A stretch of 33,737 bases of DNA, taken from IMG/VR virus record IMGVR_UViG_3300035698_019702, one strand, 5' to 3'. The notes below the pieces were generated by a model. That model saw only the letters and a list, made by a program, of their open reading frames with translations. It was not told the DNA's origin and made no database searches. Positions within the stretch are counted from its first letter, which is position 1. Every line of letters begins with the position of its first letter. The position numbers and the translations under genes were made by a program. The stretch comes from an uncultured virus (IMG/VR IMGVR_UViG_3300035698_019702). Taxonomy: Duplodnaviria; Heunggongvirae; Uroviricota; Caudoviricetes. Positions 18,164 to 27,195 of the stretch are shown one piece after another.

Positions 18164-18929
18164 ACTAGACCTTGCTCTGATTGTTGATACAACGAGTAGC
18201 ATGGGTTCTTTAATTGGTTCTGTGAAAGCAGATTTCACTCATGTCATCAAAGAACTAGCCGAGCATGGTAACGTAGATGTACGAATTGGGATTGTAGAAT
18301 ACAGGGATCATGAGCCTGAAGATTATTCCTTTGCTGCCAAGTCTCATGCATTTGTTCCGCTGTCACAAGCGCAATCTATTGTGAATTCACTCCAAGCTAG
18401 GGGTGGTGGTGATGAGCCTGAATCAGTTTTTGACGGAGTAGTTGCTGCCGGTAACGATTTGGTGTGGCGTGAAAATGCTCGCCGAATTGCTATCCTGGTA
18501 GGTGACGCACCTCCGCATGGATACCATAAAGGCACTTATGCTGGTTACGACCGTTGGCCTGGAGGATGTCCTTGTGGTAAAACCATGCAGAGTACGGCGA
18601 TGGTTATGGAAGAGGAAGGTATTACTCTTCATGCTGTTGGTCTGACTGTGACGGTGCATGAGGTGTTCACGGAGCTGAGTAATTTAACAGGTGGAGTTTT
18701 CTTTGCTGCAAGAGATCGCTTGGCTGTTAAGGAAATTAAATCTCTTGTTGAACGTGAATTTAAAGATATTGTGTTTGACAAAGATGTACTCTCGCTATGG
18801 GATGAGGGGATTCGAGACAAGTTTGATATTGCTGCACGACTGCAATGCACGATTCAAGATGTCTTGGATTCGATTGGACGGATGCGTTCACGCAACTTAA
18901 TCGTTTCGGAAGAATGTGTCTCTACCTAA
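18150..18929 (+). CDS. von Willebrand factor A domain protein with C-terminal HTH-like segment
   Basis: MIDAS DTTSSM, YRDH, GGGDEPE, L.WR....R..ILVGDAPPHG. Confidence 0.9.
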   Translation: MAVNELDLALIVDTTSSMGSLIGSVKADFTHVIKELAEHGNVDVRIGIVEYRDHEPEDYSFAAKSHAFVPLSQAQSIVNSLQARGGGDEPESVFDGVVAAGNDLVWRENARRIAILVGDAPPHGYHKGTYAGYDRWPGGCPCGKTMQSTAMVMEEEGITLHAVGLTVTVHEVFTELSNLTGGVFFAARDRLAVKEIKSLVEREFKDIVFDKDVLSLWDEGIRDKFDIAARLQCTIQDVLDSIGRMRSRNLIVSEECVST

Positions 18930-18966
18930 ACGGTATACAGTATGTAGTATGGGTCTTAATGATGTT

Positions 18967-19128
18967 TCAAGGAGATTTCCTATTTGTTCCCTTGCCTCTA
19001 CCCTGGCCTTGGCCTTTGCCTGGGCCGTTTTTAGGACAAGGGTCGGTATTCTTATTACGGCGGCCACCACCGGGTTGGCCTTGACCTTTGCCACTACCAT
19101 CTAGTTTTCGACTAATGATTTTTAACAT
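18967..19128 (-). CDS. 53-aa Gly/Lys/Arg-rich basic peptide (absent from ORF track)
   Basis: MLKIISRKLDGSGKGQGQPGGGRRNKNTDPCPKNGPGKGQGQGRGKGTNRKSP; AGGAG 6 nt upstream; TATAAT at 19151-19146. Confidence 0.78.
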   Translation of the reverse strand: MLKIISRKLDGSGKGQGQPGGGRRNKNTDPCPKNGPGKGQGQGRGKGTNRKSP

Positions 19129-19231
19129 AATAATCTCCTACGTTCATTATACCGTTGTAAAGAATATTCCTTTGTTTTTGTGATTTTTTGAAGAAGTCCT
19201 GATTGGTATCTGAGAATGCAAGGTAATATCA

Positions 19232-19260
19232 TTGACAAAATCCTCTCCTGGTGGTATAAT
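19232..19260 (+). promoter_or_regulatory. Consensus sigma70/sigmaA promoter
   Basis: TTGACA-17 nt-TATAAT with extended -10 TG. Confidence 0.9.
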
Positions 19261-19317
19261 CAGAGTGGAATCTATTGCAACGCAAGCAAAGCGTTTGGCA
19301 GAAAGTAGAGGTGTGAA

Positions 19318-19725
19318 ATCTCAGAGTATACTATTATTCAAGTTGAAATGACAGATTCTGATGCCATAAAGGCATCTTTGGAAGAGATGGGGTATGTCTA
19401 CGAAGAGCATAAAGAGGCTCAGAATTTGCACGGATATGGTGGTGACAAAAGAGCACAGAAGGCTCACATCATTGTTCGTCGTCAACATGTTGGTGCAGCT
19501 GCTAACGATGTTGGGTTTTTAAGGAAAGCAGATGGTTCTTATGAGCTGATTATTTCTAGGTATGATCGTGGTGGCAGCAAGAAGCAAGCTCAAGATTTCA
19601 TGCACAAGATCAAGCAGATATATGGGAAGCATCTCACTTTGAAACAGGCTAGGCGATTAGGATTGAAGGTAATTTCTCAAAAGACAACTGCTGATAACAA
19701 AGTGAAGATCAAGCTGAGAGTATGA
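19318..19725 (+). CDS. DUF1257 (Ycf35-like) protein; apparent ATC start at 19318 (first ATG is 19348)
   Basis: SEY..I...MTD..AI..SL.EMGY, L.GY.G..R...A.I.VRR......NDVGF....DGSYELIIS.YD, Y.......QA...G. Confidence 0.8.
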   Translation: MSEYTIIQVEMTDSDAIKASLEEMGYVYEEHKEAQNLHGYGGDKRAQKAHIIVRRQHVGAAANDVGFLRKADGSYELIISRYDRGGSKKQAQDFMHKIKQIYGKHLTLKQARRLGLKVISQKTTADNKVKIKLRV

Positions 19726-19726
19726 T

Positions 19727-19990
19727 ATGAACGACATGCCAGAAATGCCAGAAAGCATATCGCTAGTTAGCTCTAAAAAAGAACTACCTGAACCGTCTAT
19801 GAAGGATCGTTGTCCTTCTTGTAAAAAAGAATCGTACATAGATGGTTCTCGTCCAGAGATTGTGAATTATTCTTGCTGTCATTGTGGTGAATATTTCTCC
19901 ACTTTGATGCCTGTCATTCCAGGCAGACCTTTGCCCGTGTGGGCAAGAAGATATCACCTGCCCGCACCAACCGATGAGGTTGAATCATGA
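19727..19990 (+). CDS. Small Zn-ribbon protein
   Basis: CPSC...CCHC; ATGA overlap with the next gene. Confidence 0.6.
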   Translation: MNDMPEMPESISLVSSKKELPEPSMKDRCPSCKKESYIDGSRPEIVNYSCCHCGEYFSTLMPVIPGRPLPVWARRYHLPAPTDEVES

Positions 19991-20784
19991 CATGGCTTAT
20001 TTCGGATCTTCACGGCTGCGCTCGTACCCTTGAGAAGTTGCTTGCTCGTATTCATGCAATTGATTCTGAGGCTCAGCTAGTCTTCTTGGGTGATTACGGG
20101 GATCGTGGACCGCATTCTAAAGAAGTAGTGGATATTATCCTGGGATTGCCATCTGAAAAGTTGACACTTTTACGAGGCAACCACTGTGATGTAATTGACT
20201 GGCTTCTGAATAAACACTCTTTCACTAACTTGCAAGAATACTTATATGGAGACGATCCCACAGATGATTACGTGATATCGTGGTGGATGATAAATGGTCT
20301 TCGAGCCACTTTAGAAAGTTATGGAGTCACCTCCCATCTGGTGACGGGGGTATATGGTGGATACAAAAGCATAGATGTGGCAAACGAGTTTCGAGATAAA
20401 GTTCCAGAAAGTCACAAGCAGTTTTATAAAACTCTAGTAGAAACTTGGGAAAATGAGACTCACTTTGCTGTTCATGCTTGGGCAGACCCAACATTAACGA
20501 GCCCGCTGGATTTTCCAGAGGGCTCTAGTGACCCATTGTGGAAACGATTTAAGAGGCGGGATACAGGTGAGATCGCATACATGGAACCTATTTGGGACAA
20601 AATAGGCGTTTTTGGACATACACCTGTCAGTTACTACAAAGCAGTTGCTCCGATCAAAATGGAAAAGATTAGATTGATCGACTGTTGTGCTTTTGATGGG
20701 CAGAGCCTTACTGGATACTGCTGCGAGTCAGATGATCATATATCACAGATCACAGTTGATGAAGATGTTTGGAGAAAACGATGA
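19987..20784 (+). CDS. Calcineurin-like metallophosphoesterase (lambda-type Ser/Thr phosphatase)
   Basis: SDLHG, LGDYGDRGP, LRGNH, VHA, FGHTP, ID. Confidence 0.92.
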   Translation: MTWLISDLHGCARTLEKLLARIHAIDSEAQLVFLGDYGDRGPHSKEVVDIILGLPSEKLTLLRGNHCDVIDWLLNKHSFTNLQEYLYGDDPTDDYVISWWMINGLRATLESYGVTSHLVTGVYGGYKSIDVANEFRDKVPESHKQFYKTLVETWENETHFAVHAWADPTLTSPLDFPEGSSDPLWKRFKRRDTGEIAYMEPIWDKIGVFGHTPVSYYKAVAPIKMEKIRLIDCCAFDGQSLTGYCCESDDHISQITVDEDVWRKR

Positions 20785-22262
20785 AGTTTGATATAGCGAA
20801 GGTAAAGTTGGCCACTCAGCCACTTGCCGAGGTTTTTACAAAACAGCAAATCGAGAGCCTTGTTCAAGGACCAGTAGAAGCATGCTCAGATTTTGCTCGA
20901 TATATGGTTGGTTGCGAGTACCACGGTCTAATTAGCACCGCTGCTCAGGCTTTTAAGGATCATCGTCCGCTGTGCCTATCTCCTGACCATATTTGGTTGA
21001 CGATTGCTCAGGGTTTCGCCCAACACGTCAATAACAATGCTGAGGAAATGCGCCATAACTTCGTGAAACACCAAGGCAAGGTGAAGATTATTGTACAGCG
21101 TAATGAGTTTATCAAAGGTAGCCCGGAAAACAATTGGGAAGGTGTTTTTGATGAATTTGGGATGCAGATACGAGAGCATGTTGGTGGTGCAACTTACTCT
21201 TTAGTTGTGTCTGATTTCTCTACAACTACTCCGACAGACAGGGCTGCATCGGAGATAGTCTTGATGGACTCGATGAAATCGTATTTTAAGTATGAAGTTC
21301 TGACACTTTGCGGTATTCCATCAGTGGAACTGGAAGGTTCCGTTGAAGACTGGGAGAGACTTCGTGAGAAGGTAATACAACTTCAGCCATTTATTCCTGA
21401 GTGGTGGTACAATGATATTGACAAGGTTGCTTATGAGTTTGTACAAGCGGCTAAAGGTAAAATAGACAAGGCATGGTGGAACTCGCTGTACAATCTGTTT
21501 GGTGGGTCTGGTGGAGATACTATCAGTGGTTGGCTGGTAACGCTAATCCCATATGTGAAATCACACTCAGGACTGTATAGTGATCGTAATCCTGCTAAAG
21601 CAGATGGGAATGGGTATAGTGGTGATGTGTCTGCTAATGATCTGCCTTCAAGCTTGTCTAAAGTTCCTTTTATATGGCAATATTATGCCGATTGTTTTGA
21701 TTATGAATTTGTAGCTGGAATCATTGGCTCTACCCAGGGTGCTGATCTTACTCTGCGTCCCAAGATTGGGTGGGCCGTATTGAACAAGGAAAATGCAGAT
21801 GATACTCCTCCTGTGAAGAAAGCCAGGGTTGAATGTGATGTCCCTATGAGAGATACTACGGTTTTGAGTCCATTGAGCACATCAGCATTCTCGAACTTCG
21901 AACGACTGGACATACCAGCTCGCCTGGATGAACTGCGCAGCTTGCAGGACGGCTGGCTCGATGGCCACGGAGTTGCCCCATCTCCGGAGGGACTTGATTG
22001 GCTGGCCAACACTTTTGACGATAGATATCCCGAAGACCTTCCGCTGCCCTTTATGTATCCGACAGTCAAGGGTGGCATCGAAGCCGAGTGGTCGATGCCA
22101 CCATACGAAATGTCGCTTGAGATCGATCTGTCGAAGAAAACAGGCGAATGGCACCAACTGAATATGGATACAGATGACGAAGATGCACGCAGACTCAACC
22201 TTGAAACTCATGAGGACTGGAAGTGGTTGGGTGATCGCGTCGGCAAGAAGGGGGTGGCATGA
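20781..22262 (+). CDS. DUF4419 protein with fused foreign C-terminal domain
   Basis: AF.DH.PL.LSPD.IWLTI.QGFAQH, FSTTT, CGIPSV.LEG..EDW..L, GGSG...ISGW; extra ~125 aa at the C-terminus. Confidence 0.85.
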   Translation: MKFDIAKVKLATQPLAEVFTKQQIESLVQGPVEACSDFARYMVGCEYHGLISTAAQAFKDHRPLCLSPDHIWLTIAQGFAQHVNNNAEEMRHNFVKHQGKVKIIVQRNEFIKGSPENNWEGVFDEFGMQIREHVGGATYSLVVSDFSTTTPTDRAASEIVLMDSMKSYFKYEVLTLCGIPSVELEGSVEDWERLREKVIQLQPFIPEWWYNDIDKVAYEFVQAAKGKIDKAWWNSLYNLFGGSGGDTISGWLVTLIPYVKSHSGLYSDRNPAKADGNGYSGDVSANDLPSSLSKVPFIWQYYADCFDYEFVAGIIGSTQGADLTLRPKIGWAVLNKENADDTPPVKKARVECDVPMRDTTVLSPLSTSAFSNFERLDIPARLDELRSLQDGWLDGHGVAPSPEGLDWLANTFDDRYPEDLPLPFMYPTVKGGIEAEWSMPPYEMSLEIDLSKKTGEWHQLNMDTDDEDARRLNLETHEDWKWLGDRVGKKGVA

Positions 22263-22354
22263 CCGATGGCACACTTTTGCTACGCCAGATCAATTCCTCT
22301 TGGGTGCATTTAGAGAAGGGATGCGAGTCCGTATTTTTTGCGGAAGATAACTGA
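22259..22354 (+). pseudogene. Possible truncated 5' fragment of a captured bacterial gene (MTDGTLLLRQINSSWV...)
   Basis: ATGA-coupled to the GC-rich segment; only 31 codons; from memory resembles the start of longer bacterial hypothetical proteins. Confidence 0.4.
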
Positions 22355-22417
22355 ATACACTTGGACAGATCATGAGTATGACAATCGCTGGGTTGATATT
22401 GTAGTAAGGAGAATAAA

Positions 22418-22891
22418 ATGAAGACTGCTGATGTAGACAAAGTAATCCATCCTGTTAAGGTTGGTGAGATCAAGAAAGATGACATAATGGCGTTTGTGTA
22501 CTATACTAAAGTCCTCAAGCCCGGTGGCAACGTGCTTGACGTTCATAACATCGATGCCGATATGGATTTCCGGGTAGAAGGTAAGCAACTGATTGAGCGT
22601 GGACTGTCTGCGGATCAGTTTGCGGAAGAGATCAAGATCACCAAAACTAGGGCGGCTGAGATTCTAATTTCCTCATATAACCGGCCATTGACGGTCTGTT
22701 TTGAGAAGTTAGATGGCACTGAAAGAGTATTGCGTGGTCGGTTGATACGTCCAGAACCTTTGTTGGGTCGTAGTATGGTTGAGGATTTGGATGTCACTAG
22801 TAGCCATAGACAACGACTGGTAGACCATCGCACGATTAAATTCCTTATCGTAGAAGGAGTCAAGTACGAAGTTAAACAGGAGAAGAAGTAA
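22418..22891 (+). CDS. Hypothetical phage protein
   Basis: Strong AAGGAG RBS; VCF.K.DG.ER.L.G and R.VDHRTI motifs. Confidence 0.8.
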   Translation: MKTADVDKVIHPVKVGEIKKDDIMAFVYYTKVLKPGGNVLDVHNIDADMDFRVEGKQLIERGLSADQFAEEIKITKTRAAEILISSYNRPLTVCFEKLDGTERVLRGRLIRPEPLLGRSMVEDLDVTSSHRQRLVDHRTIKFLIVEGVKYEVKQEKK

Positions 22892-23313
22892 TGGGTGGTT
22901 CAACTTTCCCTTTGTGCCATCTTTCAGGTCATGCTTATCTCACTTGTCCGCATTGTAACGGTATAGGCAAAGGTGATGAATTTGCGTATCCTGGAGAAAA
23001 TCAACATCTGGATAAGTTGTGCGCGGTCTGCCGGGGTTATATGGAGGTTGAGAAACGGCAATCTAAGCCCGAATGGGTGCTTGTCCAAAACTCCGATGAT
23101 TTGGTTCAAGTATGGTTGAATTTCCTGGCCAAGAGGCACTTTGGTGACTACGATTCATTTGAAATTCCTTTGGAATATCCTTGCTTGGTTCGTGTGCATA
23201 CAGAACAAATAGCAGATGGTGGTGGTACGGTAATGGATTTCTTTTATCCCAGTGATGTACCAGATGCTTGGAAAAGCAATAACAGGAAAGAAGAGGTATC
23301 TAATGTCACTTAA
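22891..23313 (+). CDS. Hypothetical protein with CxxCxG motifs
   Basis: CPHCNGIG, CAVCRG; TAATG overlap. Confidence 0.65.
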   Translation: MGGSTFPLCHLSGHAYLTCPHCNGIGKGDEFAYPGENQHLDKLCAVCRGYMEVEKRQSKPEWVLVQNSDDLVQVWLNFLAKRHFGDYDSFEIPLEYPCLVRVHTEQIADGGGTVMDFFYPSDVPDAWKSNNRKEEVSNVT

Positions 23314-24226
23314 AATATTAGTGATGAAAAAAGATGGTGTCTGGTATGTTAAGCACCCTCGTCTCGAATGGACAACTTCAGTTCGTGTTGATGGACACGA
23401 GGTGCAACCTTGTCGTGATGCCCGATGGGGAACACTGCCATCTCAACCTGTAAGGTTTGACGAATTATGTGCACCACCTCGTAAGTTGACTGGGTTTAAG
23501 CGATTAGAACAGTACAAGGATTTGGAATTGCCTTTAGGTTTAGATGTGGGTGAGGACGAACTCCCACATGATGACGAAGTGCATGATAGTGATTTGCCAC
23601 ATGCAAAGTTGCGAAGTATGTATGAACCTGTCTATCATCAACCAAAACAGTTTTGGCAACAGCTCGACTGGCACACTGAGGTGGTTGACCTTGATTGTGA
23701 ACCGGTTACAAGGACTATTCCGGTTAAGATTGACTTTCCTTATTGTGTCACGGAGTATCCAGAATGCCATCATAAATATCCGTGTAGTTTGCCATCTGAT
23801 GAATTGTTTTCAATCTTATGGCATCGGGTTGCGGAGGTAGTGGATGCTACGGAGGAACTCCGTCGAAATGATTTTTATAATATTCAGACCTTGACAGTCA
23901 AGCGTCGGATGAAATTAGTGCAACCAAAACAGGTCAAGCGAGACGTATCTTCAGTTAATGCTAGAAAACCGAAATATAAAATGTTTAGTGAAGACTATGA
24001 CTGGCGTATTGTGTTTACTGTGCGGGGTTCATATGCAAATAGTGATGCACCAAGATGTCCAACTTTGAAGGCTGATAATTACAATCAGATGTCGGACAAG
24101 GTTGAGGAGTATGTTTCATTGTTTTTAGAGCAATTGGATAGTTCGGTTTTGGTGGAATGTGAGCGTTGTAATGGGCAAGGATGGCATTTAAAAGAGAATT
24201 ATGCCAAGAAATCCCTATGTCTTTAG
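23303..24226 (+). CDS. Hypothetical protein with C-terminal CxxCxGxG
   Basis: GAGGT RBS before ATG 23303; CERCNGQG. Confidence 0.75.
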   Translation: MSLKILVMKKDGVWYVKHPRLEWTTSVRVDGHEVQPCRDARWGTLPSQPVRFDELCAPPRKLTGFKRLEQYKDLELPLGLDVGEDELPHDDEVHDSDLPHAKLRSMYEPVYHQPKQFWQQLDWHTEVVDLDCEPVTRTIPVKIDFPYCVTEYPECHHKYPCSLPSDELFSILWHRVAEVVDATEELRRNDFYNIQTLTVKRRMKLVQPKQVKRDVSSVNARKPKYKMFSEDYDWRIVFTVRGSYANSDAPRCPTLKADNYNQMSDKVEEYVSLFLEQLDSSVLVECERCNGQGWHLKENYAKKSLCL

Positions 24227-24413
24227 CGTAGGGGATGAATTAGCAGTAGTGGAGGGACGCCCCAAAGTACTAAGAGTGGGAGGTGCCGATACTTCTCATC
24301 TCTGGGTGCCTGAGCAATACCTCAGACCCATCTTTGGAGGGCTCTGGCGTGAAGCCAGAGATCAAAGTGCAGACATTATTCGGAAAATGATGATTAAGAA
24401 AAAGGTGAAATAA
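24201..24413 (+). CDS. Hypothetical protein
   Basis: 70 aa; TAATG overlap with purA. Confidence 0.55.
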   Translation: MPRNPYVFSVGDELAVVEGRPKVLRVGGADTSHLWVPEQYLRPIFGGLWREARDQSADIIRKMMIKKKVK

Positions 24414-25639
24414 TGCACACGGCTGTAGTTGGTTTGGGTTTTGGTGACGAAGGAAAAGGCAAGATTACCCACCGATTATCGGAAGATCATGATGTAGTTG
24501 TTCGGTACAATGGTGGAGCTAATGCAGGTCATACCGTTGTAGTAGATGGCAATACTTTTAAACTTCATCAGATACCATCTGGTGCTGTAGCTAAAAACGA
24601 ACCTATGCTTGTGATGACGCACGGGATGGTTATCAATCCAGTTTCGTTGGTGCAGGAAATTCGTACCTTACAAAAATCTGATATATGGATTGAAGAACGC
24701 CTGTTCATCAGTGATAAGGCACACTGTGTTATGCCGTGGCATATCGCTGCGGATATTAAGAAGGGTGGCAAGATAGGAACAACAAAGAAAGGCATAGGTC
24801 CAACGTATGCTGATAAAGCACATCGATGGAATGCCATTCGTATGGGCGACTTGGAAGCAAAACTGCATAACGAGCAGTTGCAGCGGTTTTTTGCAGTAGA
24901 TGAAGCATTCCACGGCAAGGGTCTGTGGGAGGAATACTGTGAGGCTGCTGAGTTTTTGCAGCCGATGATACGGTCAACTGATGAGATACTTAGGTCAAAA
25001 GTTAAGAACTTTAGGGAAAATATCCTTTTTGAAGGAGCTAATGGTATCCTGCTTGATATTGATTTTGGTACTTATCCCTATTGCACTTCTTCAGGAGTTG
25101 GCCCTGCTGCGATACCGCAGTCTTGTGGATTGCCTAATTTTTATCTGGACCGTATTGTGGGTGTGATTAAGTGTTATGCCACCCGTGTAGGTGAAGGTCC
25201 ATTTCCAAGTGAGATCATATCACGGGAAGATGAGCAGGCAGTTACAGCTTGTTCACAGCGGGAATGGTATAAACATACCAACGATCTGCACCCAAGAGGG
25301 TGTAAAGATATAGCTTATCTCATTCGTGAGAAGGGTAGAGAGTATGGTACTACTACTGGTCGTCCACGTCGCATAGGTTGGTTTGATCTGGGTTTAACCC
25401 GATATGCTGTAGAGGTTACTGGAGCAACTGAAATTGCTTTGATGCATGCTGATACTCTGGCAGATATCGAGGGGATCAAGATGTATGATGATGGGAACTT
25501 GCTAGATATGCCCAGTTATAACCTGGATGACGGAGATACTAAATTTAGTTCTACGTTTGTGGACAAAGTTAGCACAAACTGTGGTCCTGTGAGTATGTAC
25601 AGTTATGGACCAGCAGCATCGGAGATCAAAGTATTATGA
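24413..25639 (+). CDS. purA: Adenylosuccinate synthetase
   Basis: GDEGKGK, GGANAGHT, IPSG, IGTTKKGIGPTYADK, EGANG..LDID.GTYPY.TSS, TRVG.GPFP.E, TTTGRPRR.GWFD. Confidence 0.95.
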   Translation: MHTAVVGLGFGDEGKGKITHRLSEDHDVVVRYNGGANAGHTVVVDGNTFKLHQIPSGAVAKNEPMLVMTHGMVINPVSLVQEIRTLQKSDIWIEERLFISDKAHCVMPWHIAADIKKGGKIGTTKKGIGPTYADKAHRWNAIRMGDLEAKLHNEQLQRFFAVDEAFHGKGLWEEYCEAAEFLQPMIRSTDEILRSKVKNFRENILFEGANGILLDIDFGTYPYCTSSGVGPAAIPQSCGLPNFYLDRIVGVIKCYATRVGEGPFPSEIISREDEQAVTACSQREWYKHTNDLHPRGCKDIAYLIREKGREYGTTTGRPRRIGWFDLGLTRYAVEVTGATEIALMHADTLADIEGIKMYDDGNLLDMPSYNLDDGDTKFSSTFVDKVSTNCGPVSMYSYGPAASEIKVL

Positions 25640-25716
25640 GCTTTCCGTTATAGAAGTCCATTTCGATCCAATTTTGAGCAAAAACATAGGTTTATGTTAC
25701 CAATAGATCGGGTTTC

Positions 25717-25745
25717 TTGACTTTAAGGGCATTTTAGGTTATACT
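25717..25745 (+). promoter_or_regulatory. sigma70-type promoter
   Basis: TTGACT-17 nt-TATACT upstream of the AGGAG RBS at 25781. Confidence 0.8.
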
Positions 25746-25792
25746 ATAGCAGTTGATTTGAGTTTCTGTTGACTGATCTTAGGAGATCGAAA

Positions 25793-26971
25793 ATGTCGAG
25801 GCAAACGACGCAGAGAACGAAGCAGAAAAGTACGAAGGTTCTGGCACGGGTCATGAAGCAAAATAGTCGCACTTTATATGGGTTTAGTTTGCCTCATCGA
25901 GTTGCCTATCCTATGATGTTTTCTGAGGAGTTCACCGAAGACAATCCAACAGGTGATCAACGACCGATCAACAAAACTCATTTGACTAAATATATCTCTA
26001 ACATTCAGTATAAGGAGGCATTTCGCCCTCAATCCTTGGTGGTGAATGTTGTCTCTGAAACTGCTAAGTTAATTCCTGTGGATATCCCAGAGTCAGCAGA
26101 AGAACATGTTTTGATTGATTTTGGCACTCAGCCTCGATGTCTGCGAGTGGTTGAAGGCAATCATGGTAGAGAGGCTGTTGAGGAAGCTGGATCACCTTGG
26201 TCTGACGAATGGGATCACAACCTTGTTGCATTGTTTAATGCCACTGATGCGGAATGCCAGACATTGAATGGCGTCATCAATGTCAATCCCAAGAAACAAG
26301 ACAAATCTATCAACCATTATCTTGATTGGAAGAACGGTATTCTAGATGAAGATCGCCTGATGGTAGGGCAGATTTTTGACCGACTGAATTCCGATCCCGA
26401 CTCTGCTCTTTATAGACGGGTAAGATGTTGTCACAATCAGCAGCCTGCTGAAGATGATGATGGCGTTGTCAAGTCGCTTGGTTTCTGCGATTACCTTGAC
26501 AGGTTTGCTGAGAAACGCTCGACGGAGAAACTGGGTGGTTTTTCCACTGTCCCAGAAGTTTTTCGATCGGTGTTTGTTGGGAAGAAGGTCACCAAGTCGG
26601 TGTATGGGTTTGTTAAGGCGTACTATAACACTTGGCGAGATGAGTTCTGGAGCGAGTGGCATGATCGAAAGGCATACTGTATCTCTGAGAACCTTGGTCC
26701 TCGCGCTTTAACACGGGCATTTCAGTTGTTCGTGTTAAAGTTTTTGCGGAGTAATCTTGAGTTTACCCCTGAGAACATGAAGCAACTCGTCAGTAAGACT
26801 GCTGCTAAAATAAGGAAAGATGCAGCCACGTCTAAGATGTGGCTGACTCATGACGCGACGGCTCGCGATAAACATCGTCTGCGTGGTTTTGGTCCAGAGC
26901 GTCGTATGATACGCCAAATTCAGACCAAATTGAGTATTAGGTTCCCGAAGAAGAGTAAAGGTTCAGGTTAA
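25793..26971 (+). CDS. Divergent DGQHR/DndB-like (ParB-superfamily) protein
   Basis: QR.I...H...Y, PQSLVVNV, LRVVEGNHG (at the DGQHR position), IN...KK..KS in the expected order. Confidence 0.62.
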   Translation: MSRQTTQRTKQKSTKVLARVMKQNSRTLYGFSLPHRVAYPMMFSEEFTEDNPTGDQRPINKTHLTKYISNIQYKEAFRPQSLVVNVVSETAKLIPVDIPESAEEHVLIDFGTQPRCLRVVEGNHGREAVEEAGSPWSDEWDHNLVALFNATDAECQTLNGVINVNPKKQDKSINHYLDWKNGILDEDRLMVGQIFDRLNSDPDSALYRRVRCCHNQQPAEDDDGVVKSLGFCDYLDRFAEKRSTEKLGGFSTVPEVFRSVFVGKKVTKSVYGFVKAYYNTWRDEFWSEWHDRKAYCISENLGPRALTRAFQLFVLKFLRSNLEFTPENMKQLVSKTAAKIRKDAATSKMWLTHDATARDKHRLRGFGPERRMIRQIQTKLSIRFPKKSKGSG

Positions 26972-27195
26972 TGAGTAAGAAGAAGAAGCGGTACTTTGGG
27001 TCGGTGGCGCCGGTTAAGATCAGTCCATTAGATGATGCTGTCCATAAGACAGTAGGACTGAGATTTACATCTGAGCAACTGCACAAGATTATGCCTGCGT
27101 TATTAAAGGCACAGTCGCAGATTAAGGATGGTGGGTCGTTGATACTTACTGCCCATCGATCAACTAACAGGATGACTATTCTAGTAAGTGAATAG
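26971..27195 (+). CDS. Small basic hypothetical protein
   Basis: Overlaps both neighbours (TAATG at the 5' end). Confidence 0.65.
   Translation: MSKKKKRYFGSVAPVKISPLDDAVHKTVGLRFTSEQLHKIMPALLKAQSQIKDGGSLILTAHRSTNRMTILVSE

Noticed and set aside
18845..19104. Three overlapping ORF-track entries (18845+, 18897-, 18916+)
   Set aside because: They are shadow frames of the 53-aa minus-strand gene 19128-18967, which has the RBS and promoter.
24413..25639. PurZ / Z-genome (2-aminoadenine DNA) pathway
   Set aside because: The catalytic Asp is retained (GDEGKGK) where PurZ has Ser (GSTGKG), and no datZ/mazZ-like neighbours are recognised.
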